A stretch of 64,000 nt of DNA. Origin: an uncultured Faecalibacterium sp. GTDB taxonomy: Bacteria > Bacillota > Clostridia > Christensenellales > CAG-917. Shown here piece after piece: positions 52,649 to 64,000 of this stretch (within the stretch, counting starts at the first letter, position 1; the number at the start of each line of letters is the position of its first letter). The stretch spans positions 252 to 64,251 of the forward strand of contig CAZBVO010000005.1 in the NCBI GenBank assembly GCA_964495385.1, written 5' to 3'. The position numbers and the translations under genes are program-made. The notes beneath the pieces were generated by a model that ran no database searches, had not been told where the DNA came from, and was given only the letters and a program-made list of their open reading frames with translations.

Positions 52649-55600
52649 ATGTCGCAACAAAGAATTCATAAGGAAATGTACGGCACCACCGAGAGGATGA
52701 CCTTCTCTAAAATCAAGGACGTTCTCCCGATTCCGTATCTTATCGAAGTTCAAAAAGATTCCTACAAAACTTTCATTGAAACGGGCATTAAGGAGGTCTT
52801 CGAAGACTATTCTCCTATCCGCGATTTCAGCGACCGTATGGAACTCCGTTTTCTGGACTACTCGCTGGACCCTGTTCCGAAGTATTCCGTCAAAGAATGC
52901 AAAAACCGTGACACCACTTATTCGGTGGGCCTGAGGGTTAGAGTGCAACTCGTCAACCTCGAAACGGGCTCGATCGTCGAAGACAACGTGTTTATGGGCG
53001 ATTTGCCTTTGATGACCGAAAGCGGCAGCTTTGTCATTAACGGTGCCGAGCGCGTTATCGTCAGCCAGTTGGTCAGAAGCCCGGGCGTCTATTTCGGTGC
53101 AGAACCGGACAAAAACGGTGTACCTCGTTATGCGGGTACGGTTATTCCTAACCGCGGCGCATGGCTTGAATTCGAAACCGATGCCAACAACGTTTTGTGG
53201 GTTCACGTCGACCGCACCCGTAAAATAACCGCAACCACTTTGCTTAGGGCTTTGGGTTGGGGCAAAGACGAAGAAATCATCGCTCTCTTTGGCGACGAAC
53301 CTATTTTGCAAGACACCATTGCAAAGGATCCTATCGAATCCAGAAACCTCGAAAGAGGTCAAATCGACCTGTTCCGCCGTCTGCGTCCGGGCGAAGTTCC
53401 TACCGGCGAAGGTGCCAAAATCCTTATCGAAAACACCTTCTTCGATTCTCGCCGTTACGACGTAAGCAAGGTGGGCCGCTACAAGTTTAACAAAAAACTC
53501 GGCATTGCCAACCGCATCGAAGGTTACCGCGCCGCAGAAGACGTAGTAAGCCCGCTTACCGGCGAAATCCTTATCGAAAAAGGTCAATACATCACCCGTC
53601 AGATGGCTGAAGAAGTTCAGCGCAACGCGGTGAACGTCGTTATGCTTAAAAAGGAAATGAACGACGACGGAAAAGCCTTTAAGGTTATCGGCAACAACAC
53701 TGTTGACCTCGCCGCTTTCGTCGATTGCAATCCTAAAGACCTCGGCATCACCGAGTACGTTTACTATCCTGCTTTGAAAGTTATTCTCGACAGCGTCGAA
53801 GACAATGCCGAACGCATCAACGTTATCAAGCAGAACGTTCACGAACTTGTCAAAAAGCACATCACCCGTGACGACATCGTAGCAACCGTAAGCTACAACC
53901 TCGGTCTTACTTACGGCATCGGCGACATCGACAACATCGACCACCTTGCAAACCGCCGCGTACGCTCCGTCGGCGAACTTTTGCAAAACCAATTCCGCAT
54001 CGGTATCAGCCGTTTGGAAAGGGTTATCAAGGAAAGAATGAGCATTGCTCAGGAAGACAAGGAAATCAACCCTCGTTATCTCATCAACATTCGTCCGGTA
54101 ACCAGCGCAATTAAAGAATTTTTCGGCAGCAGCCAATTGTCGCAGTTTATGGATCAGCCGAACCCTATTGCCGAACTTACGCACAAACGTAAACTGTCCG
54201 CATTGGGCCCTGGCGGTTTGTCTCGTGAAAGAGCAGGCCTCGAAGTCCGCGACGTTCACCACACTCACTACGGCAGAATGTGCCCTATCGAAACGCCTGA
54301 AGGCCAAAACATCGGTCTTATCACGTCGTTGTCGTCTTACGCACGCGTAAATGAATATGGATTTATAGAGTCTCCGTACAGAAAGGTAGATAAAGCTACG
54401 GGCATCGTTACCGATCACGTCGATTATTTGCCGGCAGACGTCGAAGACAGATATATCGTTGCTCAGGCAAACGAACCGTTGGACGACGAAGGTCACTTTG
54501 TCAACAGCCGTGTAAACTGCCGCTTCATCGGCAACGAATACAAGAAAGGTTGGAAAGAACCGGTAGATAAAATCAAGGAAGTCGAAAGAGAAAGAGTCGA
54601 TTACATGGACGTTTCTCCAAAACAGTTGATTTCCATTGCAACCGCACTTATTCCGTTCCTCGAGAACGACGATAACAAGCGTGCACTTATGGGTTCCAAC
54701 ATGCAACGTCAGGCAGTTCCTCTCATCAAGCCTACGGCTCCGATGATTGCCACCGGCGTCGAACACAGAATCGCTTACGATAGCGGCGTATGTCTCATCG
54801 CCAAAAACGGCGGCACGGTTACATACGTTGATGCCGACCGCATCCTCGTGACTCGTCCGTCCGGCGACGTCGACACCTACGAAATGCACAAATTCCAGCG
54901 CAGCAACCAGTCCACCTGCATCAACCAGCGCCCGATAGTTTACAAGGGACAGTCTGTCAACGCAGGCGACATCTTGGCCGACGGTCACAGCTGCGATCAC
55001 GGCGAACTCGCACTCGGCAGAAATATTCTTGTCGGCTTTATGAGCTGGGAAGGCTACAACTACGAGGACGCTATTCTTATCAGCGAAGAACTTGTTCGTG
55101 ACGACGTTTTCACTTCCATTCACATCGAAGAATACGAAAGCGAAGCACGCGACACCAAGCTCGGTGAAGAAGTTATCACCAGAGATATCCCTAACCTTTC
55201 CGAAGAAGCGCTTAAATATCTTGACGAAGACGGCATCATTATGGTTGGCGCAGAAGTTCACAGCGGCGACATTTTGGTCGGTAAAGTTACGCCTAAGGGC
55301 GAAACCGAACTCACTCCGGAAGAAAGATTGCTCCGTGCCATCTTCGGCGAAAAGGCAAGAGAAGTCAGAGACACTTCCCTCAGAGTACCTCACGGCGAAA
55401 GCGGCATCGTAGTGGACGTTAAGGTGTTCACCAGAAAGAACAAAGACGAACTCGATCCGGGCGTCAACAAACAGGTCAGAGTTTACATCGCTCAAAAACG
55501 TAAAATCAGCGTAGGCGACAAGATGGCCGGACGTCACGGCAACAAGGGCGTTATTTCCAGAGTTCTTCCGAAGGAAGATATGCCGTTTATGGCCGACGGA

Positions 55601-56479
55601 ACTCCGCTCCAAATCGTGCTCAACCCGTTGGGCGTTCCGTCCCGTATGAACATCGGACAGGTTTTGGAAGTTCACCTCGGACTCGTGTCCCGCTTGCTCG
55701 ATTGGAAAGTTTGCACGCCTGTATTCGACGGCGCAAACGAACAGGATATCAAACACTTGTTTGAAGAAAACGGCTTGCCTTCCGACGGTAAGATTCAACT
55801 TTACGACGGCAGAACCGGCGAACCGTTTGAAAACAAAGTTACGGTCGGCGTTATGTATATGCTTAAACTGCATCACCTCGTCGACGACAAGATTCACGCA
55901 CGTTCGACAGGTCCGTACAGCCTTGTTACGCAGCAGCCTTTGGGCGGTAAAGCGCAATTCGGCGGACAGCGTTTCGGCGAAATGGAAGTTTGGGCATTGG
56001 AAGCTTACGGTGCGGCAAACGTTTTGCAGGAAATTCTTACGGTCAAGTCCGACGACGTCGTGGGACGTGTAAAGAACTACGAATCCATCGTAAAAGGCGA
56101 AAACATCAACGAACCGGGCATTCCGGAAGCATTCAAAGTGCTTATTAAGGAAATGCAGAGCCTCGCTTTGGACGTCAAGGTTCTCACCGAAGATCACGAC
56201 GAAGTTTCGTTGAGAGATTTCGTGGACGACGACGAGCTGGCCGAAGCACCGCAATCGGCAATCCGTCCGAAGGACGAAGACAAAGAAGAAATCGATCCGA
56301 GCCAGTTCTTCAATTTCGGCACCGACGAAGAAGAGAAGAGCGACGACTTGTTTGCAAGCGGTTTGTTCGGAGCAAGCGATTTGTTTGACAACACCGACAG
56401 CGATTACGACGCAGACATCTTTGCGGATTTCGAAGTCACCAAGGCCCCTAACGAGCTCTTTGGTGACGACAACGACTAA
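52649..56479 (+). CDS. rpoB: DNA-directed RNA polymerase subunit beta
   Basis: 1,276 aa with unmistakable RpoB sequence throughout (for example [11 protein letters not shown] and [18 protein letters not shown]). AAGGAG RBS. Confidence 0.98.
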   Translation: MSQQRIHKEMYGTTERMTFSKIKDVLPIPYLIEVQKDSYKTFIETGIKEVFEDYSPIRDFSDRMELRFLDYSLDPVPKYSVKECKNRDTTYSVGLRVRVQLVNLETGSIVEDNVFMGDLPLMTESGSFVINGAERVIVSQLVRSPGVYFGAEPDKNGVPRYAGTVIPNRGAWLEFETDANNVLWVHVDRTRKITATTLLRALGWGKDEEIIALFGDEPILQDTIAKDPIESRNLERGQIDLFRRLRPGEVPTGEGAKILIENTFFDSRRYDVSKVGRYKFNKKLGIANRIEGYRAAEDVVSPLTGEILIEKGQYITRQMAEEVQRNAVNVVMLKKEMNDDGKAFKVIGNNTVDLAAFVDCNPKDLGITEYVYYPALKVILDSVEDNAERINVIKQNVHELVKKHITRDDIVATVSYNLGLTYGIGDIDNIDHLANRRVRSVGELLQNQFRIGISRLERVIKERMSIAQEDKEINPRYLINIRPVTSAIKEFFGSSQLSQFMDQPNPIAELTHKRKLSALGPGGLSRERAGLEVRDVHHTHYGRMCPIETPEGQNIGLITSLSSYARVNEYGFIESPYRKVDKATGIVTDHVDYLPADVEDRYIVAQANEPLDDEGHFVNSRVNCRFIGNEYKKGWKEPVDKIKEVERERVDYMDVSPKQLISIATALIPFLENDDNKRALMGSNMQRQAVPLIKPTAPMIATGVEHRIAYDSGVCLIAKNGGTVTYVDADRILVTRPSGDVDTYEMHKFQRSNQSTCINQRPIVYKGQSVNAGDILADGHSCDHGELALGRNILVGFMSWEGYNYEDAILISEELVRDDVFTSIHIEEYESEARDTKLGEEVITRDIPNLSEEALKYLDEDGIIMVGAEVHSGDILVGKVTPKGETELTPEERLLRAIFGEKAREVRDTSLRVPHGESGIVVDVKVFTRKNKDELDPGVNKQVRVYIAQKRKISVGDKMAGRHGNKGVISRVLPKEDMPFMADGTPLQIVLNPLGVPSRMNIGQVLEVHLGLVSRLLDWKVCTPVFDGANEQDIKHLFEENGLPSDGKIQLYDGRTGEPFENKVTVGVMYMLKLHHLVDDKIHARSTGPYSLVTQQPLGGKAQFGGQRFGEMEVWALEAYGAANVLQEILTVKSDDVVGRVKNYESIVKGENINEPGIPEAFKVLIKEMQSLALDVKVLTEDHDEVSLRDFVDDDELAEAPQSAIRPKDEDKEEIDPSQFFNFGTDEEEKSDDLFASGLFGASDLFDNTDSDYDADIFADFEVTKAPNELFGDDND

Positions 56480-56502
56480 CGCGGACAGGAGGTTAAAATT
56501 TT

Positions 56503-60081
<3,579 letters not shown>

Positions 60082-60088
60082 AACTTTG

Positions 60089-60117
60089 CTCCCTGCAACC
60101 GAATCGCTTGCAGGGAG
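60089..60117 (+). terminator. hairpin after rpoC (weak or partial terminator)
   Basis: A 10-bp stem CTCCCTGCAA (60089-60098) pairs with TTGCAGGGAG (60108-60117). The following tract (ATTATAACAAT) is a poor U-run, so read-through into metK is plausible. Confidence 0.4.
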
Positions 60118-60141
60118 ATTATAACAATAGGTATTTACATT

Positions 60142-61311
60142 ATGACTAAAAAATTATTTACATCCGAAAGCATCACCGAAGGACATCCGGACAAGGTGTG
60201 CGACCAGATTGCCGACGCAATTTTGGACGACATTATTTCAAAGGACAAAAACGCTCGCGTAGCTTGCGAGGTTTGCGCCACCACCGGACTTGTTTTGGTT
60301 ATGGGCGAAATTTCCACCACCGAATATTGCGACGTGACCGGCATTGCCAGAAAGGTTATCAAAGATATCGGCTACAACAGCAGCGAACTCGGATTTGACG
60401 GCAACACTTGCGCCGTCATCAGTGCAATAGACGAGCAGTCGGCAGATATCGCTCAGGGCGTCGATACCGCGCAGGAATTCGACGGCGACGAAGCGGACAA
60501 AATCGGTGCCGGCGATCAGGGCATGATGTTTGGCTATGCCACCGACGAAACGGAAGAGCTTATGCCTCTTGCAATCGTGCTGGCTCATAAGATTACCAAA
60601 AAACTGACCGAGGTCAGAAAATCCGGCGAAATAAGCTATCTCAGGCCGGACGGAAAATCGCAGGTAACGGTCGAATACGACGACGGAGTGCCTACAAGGG
60701 TGGATGCCGTTGTAGTTTCGGCACAGCACAATCCGGACGTTACGCACGACCAAATCGAAAAAGACATAATCGAAAAAGTTGTGAAAGCGGCAATCCCAGC
60801 GGAGCTTTTGGACGAAAACACCAAGTTTTACATCAACCCGACGGGCAGATTCGTCAAAGGCGGCCCGCACGGCGACAGCGGCCTTACCGGACGCAAAATC
60901 ATCGTCGACACCTACGGCGGCTATTGCGCTCACGGCGGCGGTGCGCTCAGCGGCAAAGATCCCACCAAAGTTGACAGAAGCGGACTTTATATGGCAAGAT
61001 ACGTTGCTAAAAACCTTGTTGCGGCAGGTGCTTGCAAAAAGTGCGAAATCGAAATCGCCTATGCGATCGGTCGTGCGCACCCTGTTTCGCTTACCGTTCA
61101 GAGCTTCGGTACTGGTGTAGTATCCGACGAGAAACTGGTTGAAATCGTCAAGAAAGTGTTTGATTTGAGGCCTTTGTCCATCATCAACAATCTCGACCTC
61201 AGACGCCCGATTTATCAGGCAACGTCCAACTACGGCCATTTGGGCAGAAAGGAATTCAGTTGGGAGAGAACGGACAAAACCGACGAAATAAAAAAACTTT
61301 TGGAGAACTGA
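60142..61311 (+). CDS. metK: S-adenosylmethionine synthase
   Basis: [22 protein letters not shown] and [16 protein letters not shown] motifs. Confidence 0.97.
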   Translation: MTKKLFTSESITEGHPDKVCDQIADAILDDIISKDKNARVACEVCATTGLVLVMGEISTTEYCDVTGIARKVIKDIGYNSSELGFDGNTCAVISAIDEQSADIAQGVDTAQEFDGDEADKIGAGDQGMMFGYATDETEELMPLAIVLAHKITKKLTEVRKSGEISYLRPDGKSQVTVEYDDGVPTRVDAVVVSAQHNPDVTHDQIEKDIIEKVVKAAIPAELLDENTKFYINPTGRFVKGGPHGDSGLTGRKIIVDTYGGYCAHGGGALSGKDPTKVDRSGLYMARYVAKNLVAAGACKKCEIEIAYAIGRAHPVSLTVQSFGTGVVSDEKLVEIVKKVFDLRPLSIINNLDLRRPIYQATSNYGHLGRKEFSWERTDKTDEIKKLLEN

Positions 61312-61320
61312 CAAAGGTTA

Positions 61321-63540
61321 ATGGAAATTCAAGGCGAAATTAAAACCGTAATTTTCAATAATCCCGAAACGGGTTACACTGTTTTGGACGTAAAAATTGG
61401 CAGCGGTGAGGTAATCACCGCTGTCGGCATATTCCCGCCGGTGGCAGAGGCCGAGCGGGTTGTTTTGCGTGGCACGTTCAAAAACAGCAGTAGGCACGGT
61501 TATCAATTCGTCTGTGAAAACGTCGAGGTTTATCCTCCCGAGCAAGCAGAAGCAATCATAAAGTATTTGTCAAGCGGATTATTTAAAGGTATAGGCGAGG
61601 TTACGGCCCGTGCCATAGTTACGGCGTTTGGTTGCAGAACGCTGGACATAATCGAAAATTCGCCGATGCAGCTTTACAAAGTCAGGGGCGTCAGCCTTAA
61701 AAAAGCGATGGAAATAGGCCTTGCGTACAACGAAGTTAAGCGCATGAACGAGGCCATTATGTTTTTGCAACAGTTTTCGGTCAGCTTGAACATGGCGCTG
61801 AAAATCTATCAGATTTACGGCGACAAAACGGTAAAAACCGTTAAGGAAAATCCGTACCGTCTGGTTGACGACGTCGACCGCATCGGTTTTGCTACCGCCG
61901 ACCGCATAGCCGCCGAAGAGGGGATTGCTCCGGACAGCGACTTCAGAATAAAAGCCGGGATAACCTACGTTCTCAAGGAGGCTTCTTCAAAAAGCGGCCA
62001 CACCTATTTGCCGGAAGGCGAGCTGGTTAAGGAAGTTTTGGAATTGTTGAAATTTTCCGAAACGGACACCGACAAGGTTTTGTCAAACGTCGACGACATG
62101 CTGTTTTTAAGCACGCTGGCCGAGTATAACGATTTCGACGGTCGCTGTTTGATGCTGTACAAAAACTACTCGGTCGAAAAAAGCATTGCCCGTCGGCTTA
62201 TCAGGTTGCTGGACGAACACAGGCCGTTTTTTATCGATCCGCAGGACGCAATCGGCAGATACGAAAAAGTCAACGGCATAACGTTGCACGAAAATCAAAA
62301 AGAAGCGATAAACAAAGTTTTGTCCCGAGGCGTCGAGGTCATAACCGGCGGCCCGGGGACGGGAAAAACCACCATCGTGAAATGTATTTTGTCAATTTTC
62401 AGGTCGGCAGGATGCAGAGTAAGTTTGTGCGCTCCGACGGGAAGGGCGTCAAAAAGGCTTTCGGAGGCGACCGGTGAGGAAGCAAAAACCATTCACCGTT
62501 TGCTCGATTTGGATTATAAAGACGGCAAAGGCTTTTTTACCTACAACGAAAACACTCGCCTTGACAGCGACGTTATCATCGTGGACGAAGTCAGCATGGT
62601 TGACGAATATGTTTTCAATGCGCTGATTTCGGCCATAAAACCGGGCGCAAGCCTCATTTTGGTGGGCGATAAGGACCAACTTCCGTCGGTGGGTGCGGGA
62701 AACGTGCTGTCCGACATTATCGGCTCGGGCGTGTTTGACGTCACCTATCTTACACACATTTACCGCCAGGCCGAGGAAAGCTTGATAGTCACCAACGCAC
62801 ACCGCATAAACAAAGGCGAAATGCCCGTTTTGAACGAAAAAAGCAAGGACTTTTTCTTCGAGGAAAAATCCGATCCGATAGCCGCAAAAACGGCCGTCGT
62901 CGACCTTGTAACTTCCAGACTTCCGAAGTATTTGAACGTTGATCCGACAGAGATTCAGGTGCTTTGTCCGATGAAAAAAGGAACGGCTGGAGTTGAAAAT
63001 CTCAACCGTGAAATAAGGCGCGCGCTGAACCCGAAAAAGCCTTCCGACCACGAAATCAAACAGGGCGAAAACACCTATCGTATCGGCGATAAAGTTATGC
63101 AAATCGTCAACAACTACCAGATGGAATGGACGGTCAGACGCGAAAATTACAGCGAGTCCGGCACGGGTGTTTACAACGGCGACATTGGGTTTATAACAGA
63201 CATCAACATGCTGAATCAAAAGTTTACCATCACGTTTACGGACGGTAAAGTGGCGATTTATTCGTTTGGCGAACTTGACCAAATTGTTTTGGCGTATGCA
63301 GTAAGCATACACAAAAGTCAGGGAAGCGAGTTCGATGCGGTGGTAATAAGCGTTTCGCAAGGCAACCCGTTTTTGCTTACTCGCAACCTTTTGTACACAG
63401 CAATCACAAGGGCAAAAAAGCTGGTTGTGGTTGTAGGCACCAAAGATACGGTACACAAAATGGTCAGAAACAACTACACGCAAACCCGGTACAGTTTGTT
63501 AAAGGAGTTTGTCAGAGAGGAGGTCGGGCACGATGAGTAA
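61321..63540 (+). CDS. recD2: RecD2-type SF1B ATP-dependent DNA helicase (YrrC-like)
   Basis: 739 aa with an N-terminal OB/HhH region, Walker A GGPGTGKTT, Walker B IIVDEVSM, and C-terminal SIHKSQGSEF...TAITRAK. Confidence 0.9.
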   Translation: MEIQGEIKTVIFNNPETGYTVLDVKIGSGEVITAVGIFPPVAEAERVVLRGTFKNSSRHGYQFVCENVEVYPPEQAEAIIKYLSSGLFKGIGEVTARAIVTAFGCRTLDIIENSPMQLYKVRGVSLKKAMEIGLAYNEVKRMNEAIMFLQQFSVSLNMALKIYQIYGDKTVKTVKENPYRLVDDVDRIGFATADRIAAEEGIAPDSDFRIKAGITYVLKEASSKSGHTYLPEGELVKEVLELLKFSETDTDKVLSNVDDMLFLSTLAEYNDFDGRCLMLYKNYSVEKSIARRLIRLLDEHRPFFIDPQDAIGRYEKVNGITLHENQKEAINKVLSRGVEVITGGPGTGKTTIVKCILSIFRSAGCRVSLCAPTGRASKRLSEATGEEAKTIHRLLDLDYKDGKGFFTYNENTRLDSDVIIVDEVSMVDEYVFNALISAIKPGASLILVGDKDQLPSVGAGNVLSDIIGSGVFDVTYLTHIYRQAEESLIVTNAHRINKGEMPVLNEKSKDFFFEEKSDPIAAKTAVVDLVTSRLPKYLNVDPTEIQVLCPMKKGTAGVENLNREIRRALNPKKPSDHEIKQGENTYRIGDKVMQIVNNYQMEWTVRRENYSESGTGVYNGDIGFITDINMLNQKFTITFTDGKVAIYSFGELDQIVLAYAVSIHKSQGSEFDAVVISVSQGNPFLLTRNLLYTAITRAKKLVVVVGTKDTVHKMVRNNYTQTRYSLLKEFVREEVGHDE

Positions 63541-64000
63541 GTTTTCGGCTCGGCTTAAAAATCTGCTTGTCGCTTTTCGCGACGCCGTTTATCCGCAGAA
63601 TATCACTTGCGATTTGTGCGGACGCGAGCTTTTTAAGGACGGACGGGGCTGTTTTTGCGACGATTGCAGGCAAAAACTTCCGTTGGTTAAAGGCAAAATT
63701 TGCGCTTGTTGCGGCGTGCCTATGGCGAACGAAGCCACGTACTGCGACAGATGTCAAAACAGCAAAACGGTGCTGTCGAAAAACCGTGCTGCGTTGGAAT
63801 ATACCGACGAAGCAAGGCGCATGATTTACGAGGTAAAATTTGGCGGAAAACGCTATTTATTGAAGGATTTGGCCGTGTTGATGACGGACGTGTATCTTTC
63901 GGAAGGGTATGATGCCGACGTTGTTTGCTACGTTCCGATGACGCCAGCGGAGAAAAGAACGAGAGGGTTTAATCAGGCGGCAATTCTCGCCGAAGAAATT
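63533..64000 (+). CDS. comFC: ComF family protein (ComFC-like), N-terminal part; 3' end lies outside the window
   Basis: This gene is not in the ORF track because it has no in-window stop. My hand translation from ATG 63533 (GAGAGGAGG upstream) gives MSKFSARLKNLLVAFRDAVYPQNITCDLCG...CDDC...CACCG...CDRC...YEVKFGG. It overlaps recD2 by 8 nt. Confidence 0.8.
   Translation, partial: MSKFSARLKNLLVAFRDAVYPQNITCDLCGRELFKDGRGCFCDDCRQKLPLVKGKICACCGVPMANEATYCDRCQNSKTVLSKNRAALEYTDEARRMIYEVKFGGKRYLLKDLAVLMTDVYLSEGYDADVVCYVPMTPAEKRTRGFNQAAILAEEI

Noticed and set aside
54349-54400. An apparently AT-rich codon patch in rpoB (gta aat gaa tat gga ttt ata gag tct ccg tac aga aag gta gat aaa).
   Set aside because: The neighbouring rpoB codons also use gat, tat, aga and aaa fairly often. 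The patch contains no TTA/CTA/TCA, so it is within normal variation. This is unlike the 27941-27994 patch in the giant ORF.

Overview
This is a 64-kb chromosomal window from what looks like a spore-forming Clostridia-class Firmicute. The evidence is spmA/spmB, glgD, a reverse rubrerythrin with PerR, and the ComFC/RecD2 context. GC is roughly half by eye (not computed), and sense TTA/CTA/TCA codons are strongly avoided. I call 36 protein-coding genes. I found no rRNA, tRNA, CRISPR array, transposase or prophage signal.

Layout, left to right:
- Nitroreductase fragment, esterase, and a P-loop-less kinase-like protein.
- A glycogen operon (glgB-glgC-glgD-glgA-glgP plus a GH13 enzyme).
- A convergent perR-rbr oxidative-stress pair.
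- A sugar-utilisation cluster: SUT/GPH-like MFS transporter, GH127-like and GH2 enzymes.
- A bacterial PH-domain membrane protein.
- A divergent DUF1624 acyltransferase-like operon.
- One uninterrupted 19,068-nt ORF (22073-41140) encoding a 6,355-aa putative lipoprotein.
- An SPFH/zinc-ribbon gene pair.
- Housekeeping genes: DUF1858, AI-2E transporter, spmBA, metG-tatD-radical SAM-rsmA, ispDF, S4 protein, rpoB-rpoC, metK, recD2, comFC.

The standout is the giant ORF. Its N-terminal ~4,700 aa are about 14-15 highly diverged tandem modules of ~255-435 aa. Each ends in a G-x-Y-Y...G..Y.D / LGIPK core, followed by an acidic or Ser-rich linker and a recurring A-x-A-[TS]-A-[DE] motif. Its C-terminal ~1,500 aa carry Big_4-like Ig repeats. 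I cannot place the N-terminal architecture in any characterised family from sequence alone, so it is the best candidate for something undescribed. All coordinates, motif positions and spacings are hand counts from the supplied sequence and ORF track. No database search or structure prediction was possible.
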